This document shows, piece by piece, positions 28,999 through 40,556 of a stretch of DNA of 64,000 nucleotides (its first letter is position 1; each line of letters begins with the position of its first letter). This stretch comes from Candidatus Kaiserbacteria bacterium (lineage in GTDB: Bacteria > Patescibacteriota > Minisyncoccia > Phycocordibacterales > Phycocordibacteraceae): the NCBI GenBank assembly GCA_963699165.1, contig OY969413.1, forward strand, positions 276,562 to 340,561. Reading direction: 5' to 3'. The translations under genes and the position numbers were made by a program. The notes beneath the pieces were generated by a model. That model was given only the letters and a program-made list of their open reading frames with translations, did not search any database and was not told the origin of the DNA.

Positions 28999-29148
28999 AG
29001 TTTTCTCCTTTGCGAATGAGCCCCTATTACGGGACAACAACGCGTTTGCCAGCGGGCTCCCTCGGTGAGGGTTTGCCATAGCAGGGAGAGGCCCGAAATG
29101 AGCCACTTTCTGCTATGGCAAACCGTGCAAGTTGAATGTATCAAAGAC

Positions 29149-30209
29149 GGCGACTAGTCTTTTGAATTCGAACGTTTGATACATTGAGCGAATGAAAAAA
29201 CCTCCGGCGGTGCGCACTTCACAAGGTCCGAACGAGACGAAATACAGATACTGTTAGCGAAGGGATACTCTTTGCAAGATGTCGGAGATGCACTCGACCG
29301 ACCGAAGAGTGTCATATGGTACGAGACGCAAAAGAAGAGGAAGGGACGGCCGTATGATGCTGCATATGCGCATCACATTTCATACGTACGAAGGAAACAC
29401 AGCCGAGCGGTCGGCAAGATGATTGCTCTCGACCCGAAGCTCCGGAAGTTCATCGAGGCGCATCTCTTCGACGATCAGTCGCCCGAAAACATCTCACTTC
29501 GATTGAAGCGGATCGAGAAGGATATCGGATATGCTTCATCCTCGGCTATACGCCGATATATCAAGAGCCCGTATGGCAGACGGATCGAGTCGCATCGAGC
29601 AAAGTTATTCAAGAAGAGGCGACGCTCTCGGCCATCGAAACCACACATTGCCGACAAGCGCCTGATCGACAAACGACCGAGCAAAATCAACAAGCGATGG
29701 GGATTGGGTCACATGGAGGGCGACTTCATCGTGTCGGGCAAGAGCGGTCAAGGCATCATTCTTGGTCTGCGGGATCGCAGGGTGCGCAAAAACCTGCTGG
29801 AGCGGATCCTGCCAGTGTCAGTGCGAAACGTGGAGCGAGCGCTTCGCAGAATGAAAAAGCGGTATCCCGAGATGCAGACCATCACATTCGACAACGATAT
29901 TCTCTTTCTCGAACACAAACGGCTAGAGAAGGTGCTTGGGGTGAAGATATATTTCTGTCATGTGCATGCGCCATGGGAGAAGCCATCAATCGAGAATCTG
30001 AACAAGGACTTGCGGCGGTACATCCCGAAAAGCTCGGATATTTCAAAGTATTCAAAAAGATTTGTGCAGAAACTCGAAGCAAAGATGAATCGCCGCTTCA
30101 TGGATGTGCTCGGTTCACTCACGCCAGATGAGGCGTATGCTGCGGAAAAGAAACAACGCGCTCAGAGGAGCGCAAAAAACCGTCGTTCGAATTGAGGGGT
30201 TTGGGTGCC
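29149..30209 (+). mobile_element. IS30-family insertion sequence, about 1061 bp
   Basis: Imperfect IRs GGC...AATTCGAACG at both ends; 3-bp TSD GAC at 29146-29148 and 30210-30212. Confidence 0.82.
29192..30195 (+). CDS. IS30-family transposase; full HTH needs a -1 frameshift at the A6 run (29195-29200)
   Basis: GHMEGDFI, TFDNDILF, PWEKPSIENLN; -1 frame HFTRSERDEIQILLAKGYSLQDVG. Confidence 0.85.
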
Positions 30210-30393
30210 GACCCATAGCTGTTAGCTATGATACACGAAATATCCTATTTGTCAAGCTCTGCTCGTGCGCCGAACAGTTCTGTAGTCGGGTGGCGGGAGC
30301 TTAATCGTGAAGACGAACTGCGGCATTGACGAAACCCCCGCATTTCTACGAGGGCGTTTTTTCGTCGGGAGACAGGCGCTGGATGACAATCGG

Positions 30394-30687
30394 CTACGGA
30401 TCGGAGCGTTTCATTGCGCTGGAATCCGGATCTGCCCTCAGGTGTTGCTTTATGGCGTCAACAAACAGGTCAATTGCTTTATCCTTATTTGCAATGACCC
30501 ATTGCTGTTCTTCTCCGGTGAGGCGCCCGAAAAGTTGCCAATATTCGGCAAACTCGGGCAGCTGAGACGTATAGCTTATCGAAATGCGGTCCGAATCCCC
30601 CGCATTTTTAACATCGACCGTACCTTCGGCCGTTTCAGAATTGTGCTTAACGCGTTTTGCCACGTTCTTCCTCTTTCTCGACTGCAA
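30394..30687 (-). CDS. Hypothetical protein
   Basis: 97-aa ORF followed by a hairpin and T run; start uncertain. Confidence 0.5.
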   Translation of the reverse strand: MQSRKRKNVAKRVKHNSETAEGTVDVKNAGDSDRISISYTSQLPEFAEYWQLFGRLTGEEQQWVIANKDKAIDLFVDAIKQHLRADPDSSAMKRSDP

Positions 30688-30743
30688 TGTACTAAACGTA
30701 CCGTACCCGATAGTACAGCGGTGCGAGTGTGTATTGGCTGAAT

Positions 30744-31505
30744 TTATTTCGTCTTTGAGTCCGCCCTAAGCGTGTTAATGGCATCCTGCACGGTCGTCAT
30801 GAATTGCGCCGGGAAAATGATGGTGGAGTTTTTCTCGGTAGAAATTTCGGACATTGTTTGGAGCGTGCGGAGCTGGAGCGCAACCGGATGCGCTGAAATA
30901 ATGTCGGCGGCTTCGCCGAGTTTCTGCGCCGCTTGCATTTCGCCTTCCGCCGCGACGATTTTCGCGCGGCGCTCGCGTTCTGCTTCTGCCTCTTTCGCCA
31001 TTGCTCTCTGCATATTGTCCGGAAGCGTGATGTCCTTGATTTCAACTGCGGTTACCTGCGCGCCCCACGGCTCGGTGTGCGTGTCGATGACGTCTTTGAT
31101 TTGAGCGTTAATGGTATATGTTTTTGATAGCAACTGGTCGAGCGTGAACTGCCCGACTACGTTTCGCACCGTCGTCTGGCTGATTTGATTGACGGCGCTA
31201 TATACATCTTCAATCGCGATGACTGACTTCAACGGGTCAACAACGTGGTAGTACGCGACTGCCGCAATATCGATTGAAACGTTGTCTTTCGTAATAATCT
31301 TTTGCGACGGAATGTTCATCGTTATGGTGCGAAGCGTCACACGGGTCATCTGCTCGAAAATCGGAATAAGTATGATAAGCCCCGGTCCGCGCACGCCCGT
31401 CACTTTGCCGAGGAAAAATACAACGCCGCGGTCGTATTCTTTAACGACGCGAAGCGAGAGCGCCAAAAGGATGATAACGATTGCGATGATTGTATAAATA
31501 ATCAC
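30744..31505 (-). CDS. SPFH/band 7 (slipin/stomatin-like) protein
   Basis: [41 protein letters not shown]. Confidence 0.93.
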   Translation of the reverse strand: MIIYTIIAIVIILLALSLRVVKEYDRGVVFFLGKVTGVRGPGLIILIPIFEQMTRVTLRTITMNIPSQKIITKDNVSIDIAAVAYYHVVDPLKSVIAIEDVYSAVNQISQTTVRNVVGQFTLDQLLSKTYTINAQIKDVIDTHTEPWGAQVTAVEIKDITLPDNMQRAMAKEAEAERERRAKIVAAEGEMQAAQKLGEAADIISAHPVALQLRTLQTMSEISTEKNSTIIFPAQFMTTVQDAINTLRADSKTK

Positions 31506-31597
31506 GCGTGTAGTATATCACTATGAATTGCGGCAGAATGAGTATGAATGAACATCGGAGCCCCGCGCCTAGGCGCGGGGCTGAACTGACTTGACCC

Positions 31598-32218
31598 TCA
31601 TGCAATCGTCGCGTCACCAATTCGACGCACAACCAAGACGAACTTCGGTGTGGCATCGGGACTCATGAGCTGAATGTACGGGGGCTCTCCATTGTCTTTG
31701 TCTACGAATGCTATGGCACAGTATCCTTCAATGGATACCTCGGTGTTGAGCGCAATAATCGGGAAATGGCTCGACTGGTTGTCGCCTAGAGTGAGCGCAT
31801 ATGACAATGCTTGCTCTATCGAGGCGTACTCCCAAAAGTTTCGAGCATCTCCACCAGCAAATCTAAGCCCAGTTTGCTTAAGGGTCTGATTATCCTCAGG
31901 AGCAATATAACGCGCCTCAAAATAAACGATACCCTTACCATTGCGTTGCGCCTGCTCGATGAACATCTCCAAAATGTTCTGATGTCGTTCATCATATGGA
32001 TACATTCCTGCTTCTAACAGGCCTATAACATCATCATAGTCCACTCTGATAGTGCAGGTGTCATAGAGCAAGCTCCTGATTTCTAGCTTCTCCTTTAGGG
32101 AAAGCAATGTCGCTAGCTGCGGTTCGCGATTGTTTCGATGTGGCGCTGCGGGCCGCCTGTTTGCCCTTTTTTTGAATGCTGCCAAGTCGACGCATCCGCT
32201 CGACAAATCTTTTTTCAT
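31598..32218 (-). CDS. Hypothetical protein
   Basis: SD GGAG, own TTGACA promoter (about 32271-32298) and terminator hairpin (31559-31583). Confidence 0.7.
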   Translation of the reverse strand: MKKDLSSGCVDLAAFKKRANRRPAAPHRNNREPQLATLLSLKEKLEIRSLLYDTCTIRVDYDDVIGLLEAGMYPYDERHQNILEMFIEQAQRNGKGIVYFEARYIAPEDNQTLKQTGLRFAGGDARNFWEYASIEQALSYALTLGDNQSSHFPIIALNTEVSIEGYCAIAFVDKDNGEPPYIQLMSPDATPKFVLVVRRIGDATIA

Positions 32219-32351
32219 GTGTACTCTCCATAACCATGCGAACAATCGGCAAGGTGCGAGGTCTGAATTTAAGATAGAAGAATGGTGAGCATTGTCAATA
32301 AACTAAGCCGGCCCCCGCATGGTGCGGGGGCCGAGAGTGACTGATTACGGA

Positions 32352-32885
32352 CTAGAGACGAATCATCAGCAGATGATCCGTTTCATGATCGGGTCTCACT
32401 AATCCGTCCAGATAAGTATGCCCAAAGACGTTCCGCGTAACACATGGAACGAGCATCTGTTCCACTATTTGAATCGGCGACCCTGTCGCCAGGATTGGCA
32501 AATGCGCATCAGCCGTTCCGGAACTAACGAGCGCATTGACTACTCCAATAGTCGGTCGCGCCCACACGCCGGTTCTTTCGATTTCTTCAAGTGCGACCTG
32601 TATGGAGCACATCGCGAAATCGAAGTAAGCCGCAGCAATTATGCTTCTGCCCCGTTCGCGCGGCATTTGCGATATGATGAATTGCGAGTAGCGATTGACT
32701 TCGTAACGCTCCTCATCGGTCAAGGAAGACGACAATCTTTCCAAAAGCAACCTAACGTCTTTGGCTGCCGTCGCGTACTCGACAACGATTTTGAATACCT
32801 CGCCTCGGATTGCCGACCTAATGACTTCGGACGGGGTTGATTCGCCTCGGCGAAATCTACCTTCCGCTTGAATAAGGTGACCCAT
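32352..32885 (-). CDS. Hypothetical protein
   Basis: SD GGAG, upstream TTGACA and TATACT, terminator hairpin 32309-32334. Confidence 0.7.
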   Translation of the reverse strand: MGHLIQAEGRFRRGESTPSEVIRSAIRGEVFKIVVEYATAAKDVRLLLERLSSSLTDEERYEVNRYSQFIISQMPRERGRSIIAAAYFDFAMCSIQVALEEIERTGVWARPTIGVVNALVSSGTADAHLPILATGSPIQIVEQMLVPCVTRNVFGHTYLDGLVRPDHETDHLLMIRL

Positions 32886-33100
32886 TCGTCTCCGTTTCGT
32901 AAGTTAACGATGCCCACTGCGGACACGGCTGGGCGGAAACAGTGCGTTCGCCATAGCGCACAAAGGCCTTGGGCCACTCTGCGCTATGGCGAACATGTAT
33001 GCGTATCACTGTGTACAAATACCAGTATAACAATACTGTATTTGAGATGTCTGTCAATTTTTTGGTATAGATAAACGCCCGCGCTTGCTAAGCGGGGCGT

Positions 33101-33631
33101 TTAGGCGGTGTTTTCGTATCGTTGCCACGAAATGGTACCGATTAAACCATCTTCGTCTGCAAAATACACCCCGTCTTCGCAGAGTACCCGTTGACGGACA
33201 TTGCGTGCCGGCCACACAATAATCCAACCTTGACGAACGACCGGTTTCCGTTCCGGGCAGAGTTGCGGGATGTCAATCTTGCAGAAATACCAGAACACCC
33301 GCATTGCTTCCTCGTGTTTTTGAAGAAGTCGCACTGCCTTCTTGATCCGGTTTCGCGCCAATGCAACCCGTTTGGGGTCATCGCTATGACAGTTGCGCAT
33401 CGAACGGCGCATGAGATTTTCAAACGTCCGCAAATTTTTCTCTGCGTAGGCAAAGAAACTTCTTGCGTAGTGTGGCACTAATGCCACAATCGTATCTTCG
33501 TCGAGACGTACTTCGTCCCGCGGTGCATACTTTTCAACGGCTATGTTTCGCACCCGCTTTGCGACTTCCGGATACAGAATCGCCATTTCTATATCCTCCT
33601 CTGTCTGGCCGACGAGTATAGGGTTCAACAC
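33101..33631 (-). CDS. Hypothetical protein
   Basis: Strong SD AAGGAGGTGA, hairpin after the stop. Confidence 0.7.
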   Translation of the reverse strand: MLNPILVGQTEEDIEMAILYPEVAKRVRNIAVEKYAPRDEVRLDEDTIVALVPHYARSFFAYAEKNLRTFENLMRRSMRNCHSDDPKRVALARNRIKKAVRLLQKHEEAMRVFWYFCKIDIPQLCPERKPVVRQGWIIVWPARNVRQRVLCEDGVYFADEDGLIGTISWQRYENTA

Positions 33632-33788
33632 AACTCACCTCCTTTTGAATCAATTGGCGCCATTAGCCCGCAAACCCGTAATAATGATGAGGCGCGCATA
33701 CCAGATTGTCAAACCCGCGCACATGATATGTGCGCGGGTTTGACAAATCTAGCCCTTGAGGACGACGAGATGCGTGGGACGACTAAAA

Positions 33789-34214
33789 TTAATTCCTGCC
33801 CGCAGTTTCAAGAGTATTGTCGCGCTGTTCCAACGTAAATTGTGCGGCAAATCCGAGTTCTTTTAATCTGTCTGACGCCGACTTCACTATCTCGATTTGT
33901 TTCGTTATCGAACCGACAGCGTCAGTAATCGCCTCCCTGACGATGTTCTCCGCTGTCGTTGCTGCAAACTTGTCATTTTCTGTAATATACTTCCGGGCAC
34001 CCTTAATAATCGCCTTAAAACCGTTCTCATTGTTCGGAATCAGCGGCTTTTTGTCATTTTCCGAACTCAATAACTTGGCGATTTCTTCTTGACCGAAACC
34101 CGTATCCATAAGCATTTTGATTGCTCCGCTTTTCAAGCTTTCTAACGCTGACGCATCTATTTTTTTCTGTGTGCCTTCATCTGTAATCTTCGGCTGTGTT
34201 TCAAAATTTTCCAT
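33789..34214 (-). CDS. Hypothetical protein
   Basis: MENFETQPK start 6 nt after TGCTATGAT. Confidence 0.65.
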   Translation of the reverse strand: MENFETQPKITDEGTQKKIDASALESLKSGAIKMLMDTGFGQEEIAKLLSSENDKKPLIPNNENGFKAIIKGARKYITENDKFAATTAENIVREAITDAVGSITKQIEIVKSASDRLKELGFAAQFTLEQRDNTLETAGRN

Positions 34215-34246
34215 GCCGCCATCATAGCACACGGCAAAGCCGCGAT

Positions 34247-34750
34247 TCAACCCCTGTGGAGAGCGAAATAGCGCAGTGTCTGAAGAAGGCCGTAAAAGAC
34301 GGCGACGGCGACCACGAAAAACGCAAAGAGAGGGCCGAAAGAAAGTCCGGGCAGCAAGCCGAAGTTGAGGTACGTCAAAAACCACCAGCCCGTAAAAATA
34401 ATGGCCGAACCGAACGCGAACGAGATGCGATTGCGCGAAAGCGCCCACGAGACGAGCGTTACGATGAGCGCAAGAGTAATCAGGAACCAGTAGCTCGTCG
34501 AAAGCGCCGGTTGCGGAACAAAACTCGCGGCATATGAAAGGATAACGAGGCACAACGATGAGAAAAGAATGGCAGTCATGCCGAAACGGAGTCCGTTCGC
34601 CAGGAGGTCGAGGTGCGCTCGTTCGGCGCGGTCTATTTTACCATCGCGCATTGCTTGGACGTATGCAATCTCGCCGCGAATCGCCAAAAATACGCCTGCG
34701 GCTGCTCCGAGTGCCTGACATAAAACAAGCAAGGAGACGATGTCCGCCAT
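34247..34750 (-). CDS. Hypothetical membrane protein
   Basis: About 5 TM segments. Confidence 0.75.
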   Translation of the reverse strand: MADIVSLLVLCQALGAAAGVFLAIRGEIAYVQAMRDGKIDRAERAHLDLLANGLRFGMTAILFSSLCLVILSYAASFVPQPALSTSYWFLITLALIVTLVSWALSRNRISFAFGSAIIFTGWWFLTYLNFGLLPGLSFGPLFAFFVVAVAVFYGLLQTLRYFALHRG

Positions 34751-34752
34751 GG

Positions 34753-34986
34753 CTATTTCTTTTGCATGAGAACCGCAAGCTCGGCGCGGTATTTTTTCAT
34801 AACTTCCATCGCCGCTTTTACTTCGCTCTCGCCGCCCTTTTTGCGCCGTTCGATTTCCTCGCCGATTTTTTTAAACAGCGCGGGGTCCTTCGAGACCAGC
34901 TCGGTCATCTGTTCGCGCTGCGCCTCCGGTATGTCCTTCAGCTTCCATTTCGCATACTGATTGAGAAGAAAACTTTGTATCGACAT
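34753..34986 (-). CDS. Small conserved hypothetical protein
   Basis: MSIQSFLLNQYAKWKLKDIPEAQREQM...; stop 2 nt before the next ATG. Confidence 0.7.
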   Translation of the reverse strand: MSIQSFLLNQYAKWKLKDIPEAQREQMTELVSKDPALFKKIGEEIERRKKGGESEVKAAMEVMKKYRAELAVLMQKK

Positions 34987-35129
34987 AACCAATAGAATAG
35001 CGCATTCGAAGAAAATGCGCGAGCCGCCCTTGGCGGCTCGCGCACCTCCGCAAACACGTCCGATTTCGCAAGATAAAGAGAAACCGCCCGCGAGAGCCAA
35101 TTGCGTGGCGGCTCTCGTCGGGCGGCGGT

Positions 35130-35783
35130 TTAGTTCTGTTCTTGTTCCTCCGGAGATAGACCGCCCTCGGAGGGTTGCTTATCCGAAAAAAATGAACGAA
35201 ACACCCCGTACTGGTCCTGGTGAATCGTCCCATCGGTAATTCGCTCCACGTCCGGCTGAATCTCGGCACTGTCCGACGGGCTCGGACTTGCACTATACGT
35301 GAGCTCTGGAATCTTTTGCTTGATACTAATCCAGAATGATTCAACGCAGCCGCCGACGCTTTCGGCCAATTGGTTCGCAGCGCCAAGCTTGCTAGGTGCG
35401 AATGAGCCAAAGTACTCATACGCGCCGAAAAGATATTCTTTAATCTCTGGCGGGAGCTTAGGGCGTAATACGTGCCCATTTGCGCCAAGCTTGTAATGGC
35501 AATTTTCATACCTGGGCAACGCCAGCCCTTCGATGGGACTGGTCGTTGCATCGGGACTCGGGGATGGTTGCGCCGCATCTGTGGCGACATTGTCGCCAGG
35601 AGTGGGGCTCGCCTCTGCGATAGGCGCAGAACTTGCCTCAATGGTCGGCGCCTCGGATATCATGGACGCCGGGGCCTGAGGGCGCTGTGTTTCGAGCAGC
35701 GAGTTGTCCCGGCAACCCGAAATGATTGCAATGGACACGGCGGCAATGGCCATCACTGCAAATCTGTTCATCGATTTTTGCAC
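35130..35783 (-). CDS. Putative lipoprotein
   Basis: Lipobox-like IISGC, Pro/Ser/Ala-rich linker. Confidence 0.7.
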   Translation of the reverse strand: MQKSMNRFAVMAIAAVSIAIISGCRDNSLLETQRPQAPASMISEAPTIEASSAPIAEASPTPGDNVATDAAQPSPSPDATTSPIEGLALPRYENCHYKLGANGHVLRPKLPPEIKEYLFGAYEYFGSFAPSKLGAANQLAESVGGCVESFWISIKQKIPELTYSASPSPSDSAEIQPDVERITDGTIHQDQYGVFRSFFSDKQPSEGGLSPEEQEQN

Positions 35784-35918
35784 TCACTTTCCGTTAGCAT
35801 TTGGAACAAAGCCGGTATTCTTTATGGCATATCCGAATGTTGTTGTCAATCGATTTGAAACAGAAGAACCGCCTCGCAGATGAAGCGTCGCGGGACGATT
35901 CATCTGCGGGCGGCCTTA

Positions 35919-36333
35919 CTATTTGCTGCTGACGCTCAGACGGCCACCTCGGCTTCTCAAGAGCATTTCTTTGCTCACGGGGGCCGTCCAAACACTGTAG
36001 CCATCGTAAACTTTGGCCACAAGCACGTCTACGGGATGCGTCGGATCAAACTCCTCAATCGAGAACCCGAACGGCTCGACGCATCCCCCATAGATCCGGG
36101 CGAAGTCTACCGCAGCGCGGTACTCGCTTGCGCTTGGTTCGTATGACGCGAGAAACACGTGCCCGCGAAAATAGGCGGCAAGCGACACTCCCTCTGAAGC
36201 TCCGAACCTCCTGCCATGATTCTACTCGACTGTAGAAGCATTTTTCGCGGTTCTGCGCCGCGGAAGCAGCGAGCGGTACGATCGACAGAACCATGATGAA
36301 CATGAGGGTTACGACTGGACGAATGAGACACAT
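35919..36333 (-). pseudogene. Probable frameshifted secreted-protein gene
   Basis: Signal-peptide ORF (MCLIRPVVTLMF...ASA) overlaps a second ORF (35919-36188) in another frame; consensus promoter upstream. Confidence 0.4.
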
Positions 36334-36398
36334 TTTTTTCTCCGCAGTTAGCGAGGTGCTCTTCCTGGTGTCGATTTGCGGCAAAGGAATCTACTTAG

Positions 36399-36427
36399 AT
36401 TGTAGCATTTCAGGATTCGTCTGTCAA
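36399..36427 (-). promoter_or_regulatory. sigma70 promoter abutting element A copy 2
   Basis: TTGACA-N17-TACAAT with TGn extension. Confidence 0.82.
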
Positions 36428-36435
36428 GCGCTCAC

Positions 36436-37367
36436 TGTACGTTAGTATCGGGTTGTTGACACTTTTCGCGTCGACGAGTTCATTGAAAGCGCAAAAGGCG
36501 CGGTACGATTTTGGTGTTCAGACCATTTAATCGTTAGCGCCTCTTGCATGCACAAGAATACCAAATTGTTGCCGTACCAACGGCGTGAGATGTTCCGCAG
36601 GTGGGGTATGGGAGCTCAAGCGACCCATTTGGCCCGAGAATACAAAGTCTCCCGAGAAACCGTATACGAGACACTTAAAGATGCCCGACTGAACGTCTTC
36701 GAGAATCGTTCCTCGATGAATCACCGATATCGCACCATCCTGTACGGGTTCCAAAAGCTTGCTCGCACCGAAAAGCGCGTGGGAGAGAAGCTCGCCCGCA
36801 AAGCCCATCGATTGAACCGATACGAGAAATCGATACCGGGTGAAATGCTGCATCTCGATACCAAGCGCCTGCCGCTCCTGCGAGGAGAAGCCGCCGCGCA
36901 ACCGAGAGAATACCTATTTGTCGCCATTGACGACTACTCTCGTACCGCCTTTGCCGATATCTTCCCCGACAAGACCGCATACTCGGCCGCCATGTTCCTC
37001 GCCGAGAGCAAGCGAGTATTGCCGTTCCCCGTGACCGGCATCTATTCCGACAACGGGAGCGAGTACCGGGGACGACCGGATCATCCGGTGGCGGCACTCT
37101 GCAGGGAAACGGGCATGAGCCAAGCGTTCACGAAAGTGAAGCATCCCTGGACCAATGGAAAAGCGGAGCGATTCATCAAAACCCTCATGACCGAATGGCA
37201 CGGGAAGACACGTTCCAATCACATCTCTCGAGCCCATCGCCGACGCTATTTGTATGCGTTTGTGGACTGGTACAACCAGACCCGCATTCACCAATCGCTC
37301 GGAACAACTCCATTCGGAAGACTCGAGGCGTACCTAGAAAGTGTCAACAACGCGTTGACTTAGTACA
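36436..37367 (+). mobile_element. IS481-family element A, copy 2 (932 bp)
   Basis: 8-bp TSD GCGCTCAC; one silent difference noticed versus copy 1 (AGA/AGG). Confidence 0.95.
36548..37363 (+). CDS. IS481-family transposase (element A)
   Basis: Protein identical to 13055-13870. Confidence 0.93.
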   Translation: MHKNTKLLPYQRREMFRRWGMGAQATHLAREYKVSRETVYETLKDARLNVFENRSSMNHRYRTILYGFQKLARTEKRVGEKLARKAHRLNRYEKSIPGEMLHLDTKRLPLLRGEAAAQPREYLFVAIDDYSRTAFADIFPDKTAYSAAMFLAESKRVLPFPVTGIYSDNGSEYRGRPDHPVAALCRETGMSQAFTKVKHPWTNGKAERFIKTLMTEWHGKTRSNHISRAHRRRYLYAFVDWYNQTRIHQSLGTTPFGRLEAYLESVNNALT

Positions 37368-37371
37368 GCGC

Positions 37372-37620
37372 TCACAACAAAATCGTTGCCTGATTATGCG
37401 AGACCTCGGCTACGCCCCCTTCCGCAATCGGAAAATGCAATGTTTTTTCATCCGTAGTTTTTATGTGCAAGTCGCCCGTTTTCAGTTCGGATACAAACGC
37501 CTCATGTCCTGCAAGAAGCTGGAAGACGCCTTCGGTTCCGGGCAGGGTCGCCGAAATCACATCGCCTTCAAAAAGGTTTTCTCCGATTTTCGAGACGGTG
37601 AGATGAAAGCTTCTTGCCAT
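37372..37620 (-). CDS. atpC: ATP synthase epsilon subunit (N-terminal beta domain only)
   Basis: LPGTEGVFQLLAGHEAFVSEL, GGVAEV; last gene of the atp operon. Confidence 0.9.
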   Translation of the reverse strand: MARSFHLTVSKIGENLFEGDVISATLPGTEGVFQLLAGHEAFVSELKTGDLHIKTTDEKTLHFPIAEGGVAEVSHNQATILL

Positions 37621-37627
37621 ACGTATG

Positions 37628-39133
<1,506 letters not shown>

Positions 39134-39157
39134 CTAACGGGGTTCATAATAAATAAT

Positions 39158-40066
39158 TTAAGCTGCTAATGCTTCGCGGCCTCCGACGATTTCCGAGACC
39201 TCGCGCGTGATGCCTGCCTGACGAATCTTATTGAAGAGACGCGTGAGGTCATGCGTGACTTCTTCCGATTTATCCGAGGCGTTCTTCATCGCCACCATAC
39301 GCGCCGAGTGCTCGGACGCTTTGGCCTCAAGCAGCATATGGTAGAGCGAGACGGCAATAAGGCGGGGAATGAGCACATCGAGCACTTCCGCCTCCGACGG
39401 CTCAATTTCGTATGCCGCCGGCGCTTCAAGCGGCGCCGCATGGCTCCACTTCCCTTTTGCGGGAACGATTCCATCGACGATGTCGCGAATCGCCGGGAGC
39501 GAAAGCGGCAGAATGCGGCGCATAGTCGGAATTTGCTCGAATGTCGATTTGAAATTGCTATATACGGTAATAACTTTGTCGTACTCGCCGCGCACAAATG
39601 CGTCCGAAATATCGCCCGCGAGCTTCTGCATTTCGGAAAGAGGCACTGTGTCGCCCTTGTTTTCAAACGCTTCTGCAATGCGGTAGCCGCGGCGGCGGAA
39701 AAATTCCTCTCCCTTTTTCCCATACGCGTAAATCGTCACATCTTCTACAGCGCGATTTTCAAGCGCTTCCGTTGCGCGCTTCAAAACACCGGCATTCAAA
39801 CCTCCCGCAAGGCCCTTGTCGCTCGTGATGAGCACGACGGCTATTTTCTTGCCGTCGCTGTGCCGTGCGAGCGGATGGCGCTTCACGCCTTCCGTTCCTG
39901 CAAGACGCGTGAGGATAGAAAGTGCGGCGCGCGCATACGGCCGCCCCGCAAGCGCGGCGCTTTGCGTTTTGCGCATTTTCACCGCCGACACGGCTTCCAT
40001 GGCGCGCGTCACTTTGTGCGTTCGCTCCGTGGCTTTGATTTTCGTTTTAATGTCTTTAAGAGCCAT
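39158..40066 (-). CDS. atpG: ATP synthase gamma subunit
   Basis: KVTRAMEAVS, TSDKGLAG, ARMVAM, RQAGIT. Confidence 0.96.
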   Translation of the reverse strand: MALKDIKTKIKATERTHKVTRAMEAVSAVKMRKTQSAALAGRPYARAALSILTRLAGTEGVKRHPLARHSDGKKIAVVLITSDKGLAGGLNAGVLKRATEALENRAVEDVTIYAYGKKGEEFFRRRGYRIAEAFENKGDTVPLSEMQKLAGDISDAFVRGEYDKVITVYSNFKSTFEQIPTMRRILPLSLPAIRDIVDGIVPAKGKWSHAAPLEAPAAYEIEPSEAEVLDVLIPRLIAVSLYHMLLEAKASEHSARMVAMKNASDKSEEVTHDLTRLFNKIRQAGITREVSEIVGGREALAA

Positions 40067-40068
40067 AT

Positions 40069-40554
40069 TTAAATTTTGCTTCCTAGATTCGCATACGATA
40101 GTTTGTCATATTCGTGCGTATCGTAGGCGGTAATGCCTTCGTCATGCCAAAGTACGAACTCGCCAATGCCGACGTCAAGCGCCATGCGGCTGCACACGGT
40201 GCAGTATGGTTTACCCACCTTTGCGATATTGCCGCCGGCATCCACGCGCGCAAAATACAGCGTTGATTTGGCCAGTTGTGTCGGGTTTGATTTGAGTGCA
40301 TCAATGATGGCTCGCCACTCCGCATGCATGCAGCAGGTTCTATCCGATTTCGGTTTGAATTCAAAGGAATGCACGGCAGTGCAGGTACGATTTTCCTCCA
40401 CATCAAGCGGCGGTGCGTTATACCCGCGCCCGATGACGGCACCGTCCTTAACTATGACACTGCCGCATTTCGCGCGATGGCACAGGGATTTCTTTGCGGA
40501 GTTTGCCGCTTCATTCATCCACTTCTCTCCCTCCGTTTGATCCACCAATCGCAT
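40069..40554 (-). CDS. dCMP deaminase-like zinc-dependent deaminase
   Basis: GYN, HAE, PYCTVC. Confidence 0.85.
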   Translation of the reverse strand: MRLVDQTEGEKWMNEAANSAKKSLCHRAKCGSVIVKDGAVIGRGYNAPPLDVEENRTCTAVHSFEFKPKSDRTCCMHAEWRAIIDALKSNPTQLAKSTLYFARVDAGGNIAKVGKPYCTVCSRMALDVGIGEFVLWHDEGITAYDTHEYDKLSYANLGSKI

Positions 40555-40556
40555 AC

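Noticed and set aside
29135-29185. 11-bp inverted repeat AATGTATCAAA/TTTGATACATT as an IS end
   Set aside because: It straddles the IS30 boundary defined by the IRs and the GAC duplication; more likely two similar -10-like motifs.
2785-30209. -35 targeting by the IS1595, IS256-like and IS30 elements
   Set aside because: Their TSDs have no adjacent TTGA hexamer; they landed in a CDS, a gene end and a leader. The pattern is limited to the IS481-family elements.
12943-37367. Composite transposon bounded by the two element A copies (or the two B copies)
   Set aside because: Each copy has its own distinct TSD, so the insertions are independent, and the enclosed DNA is core genes.
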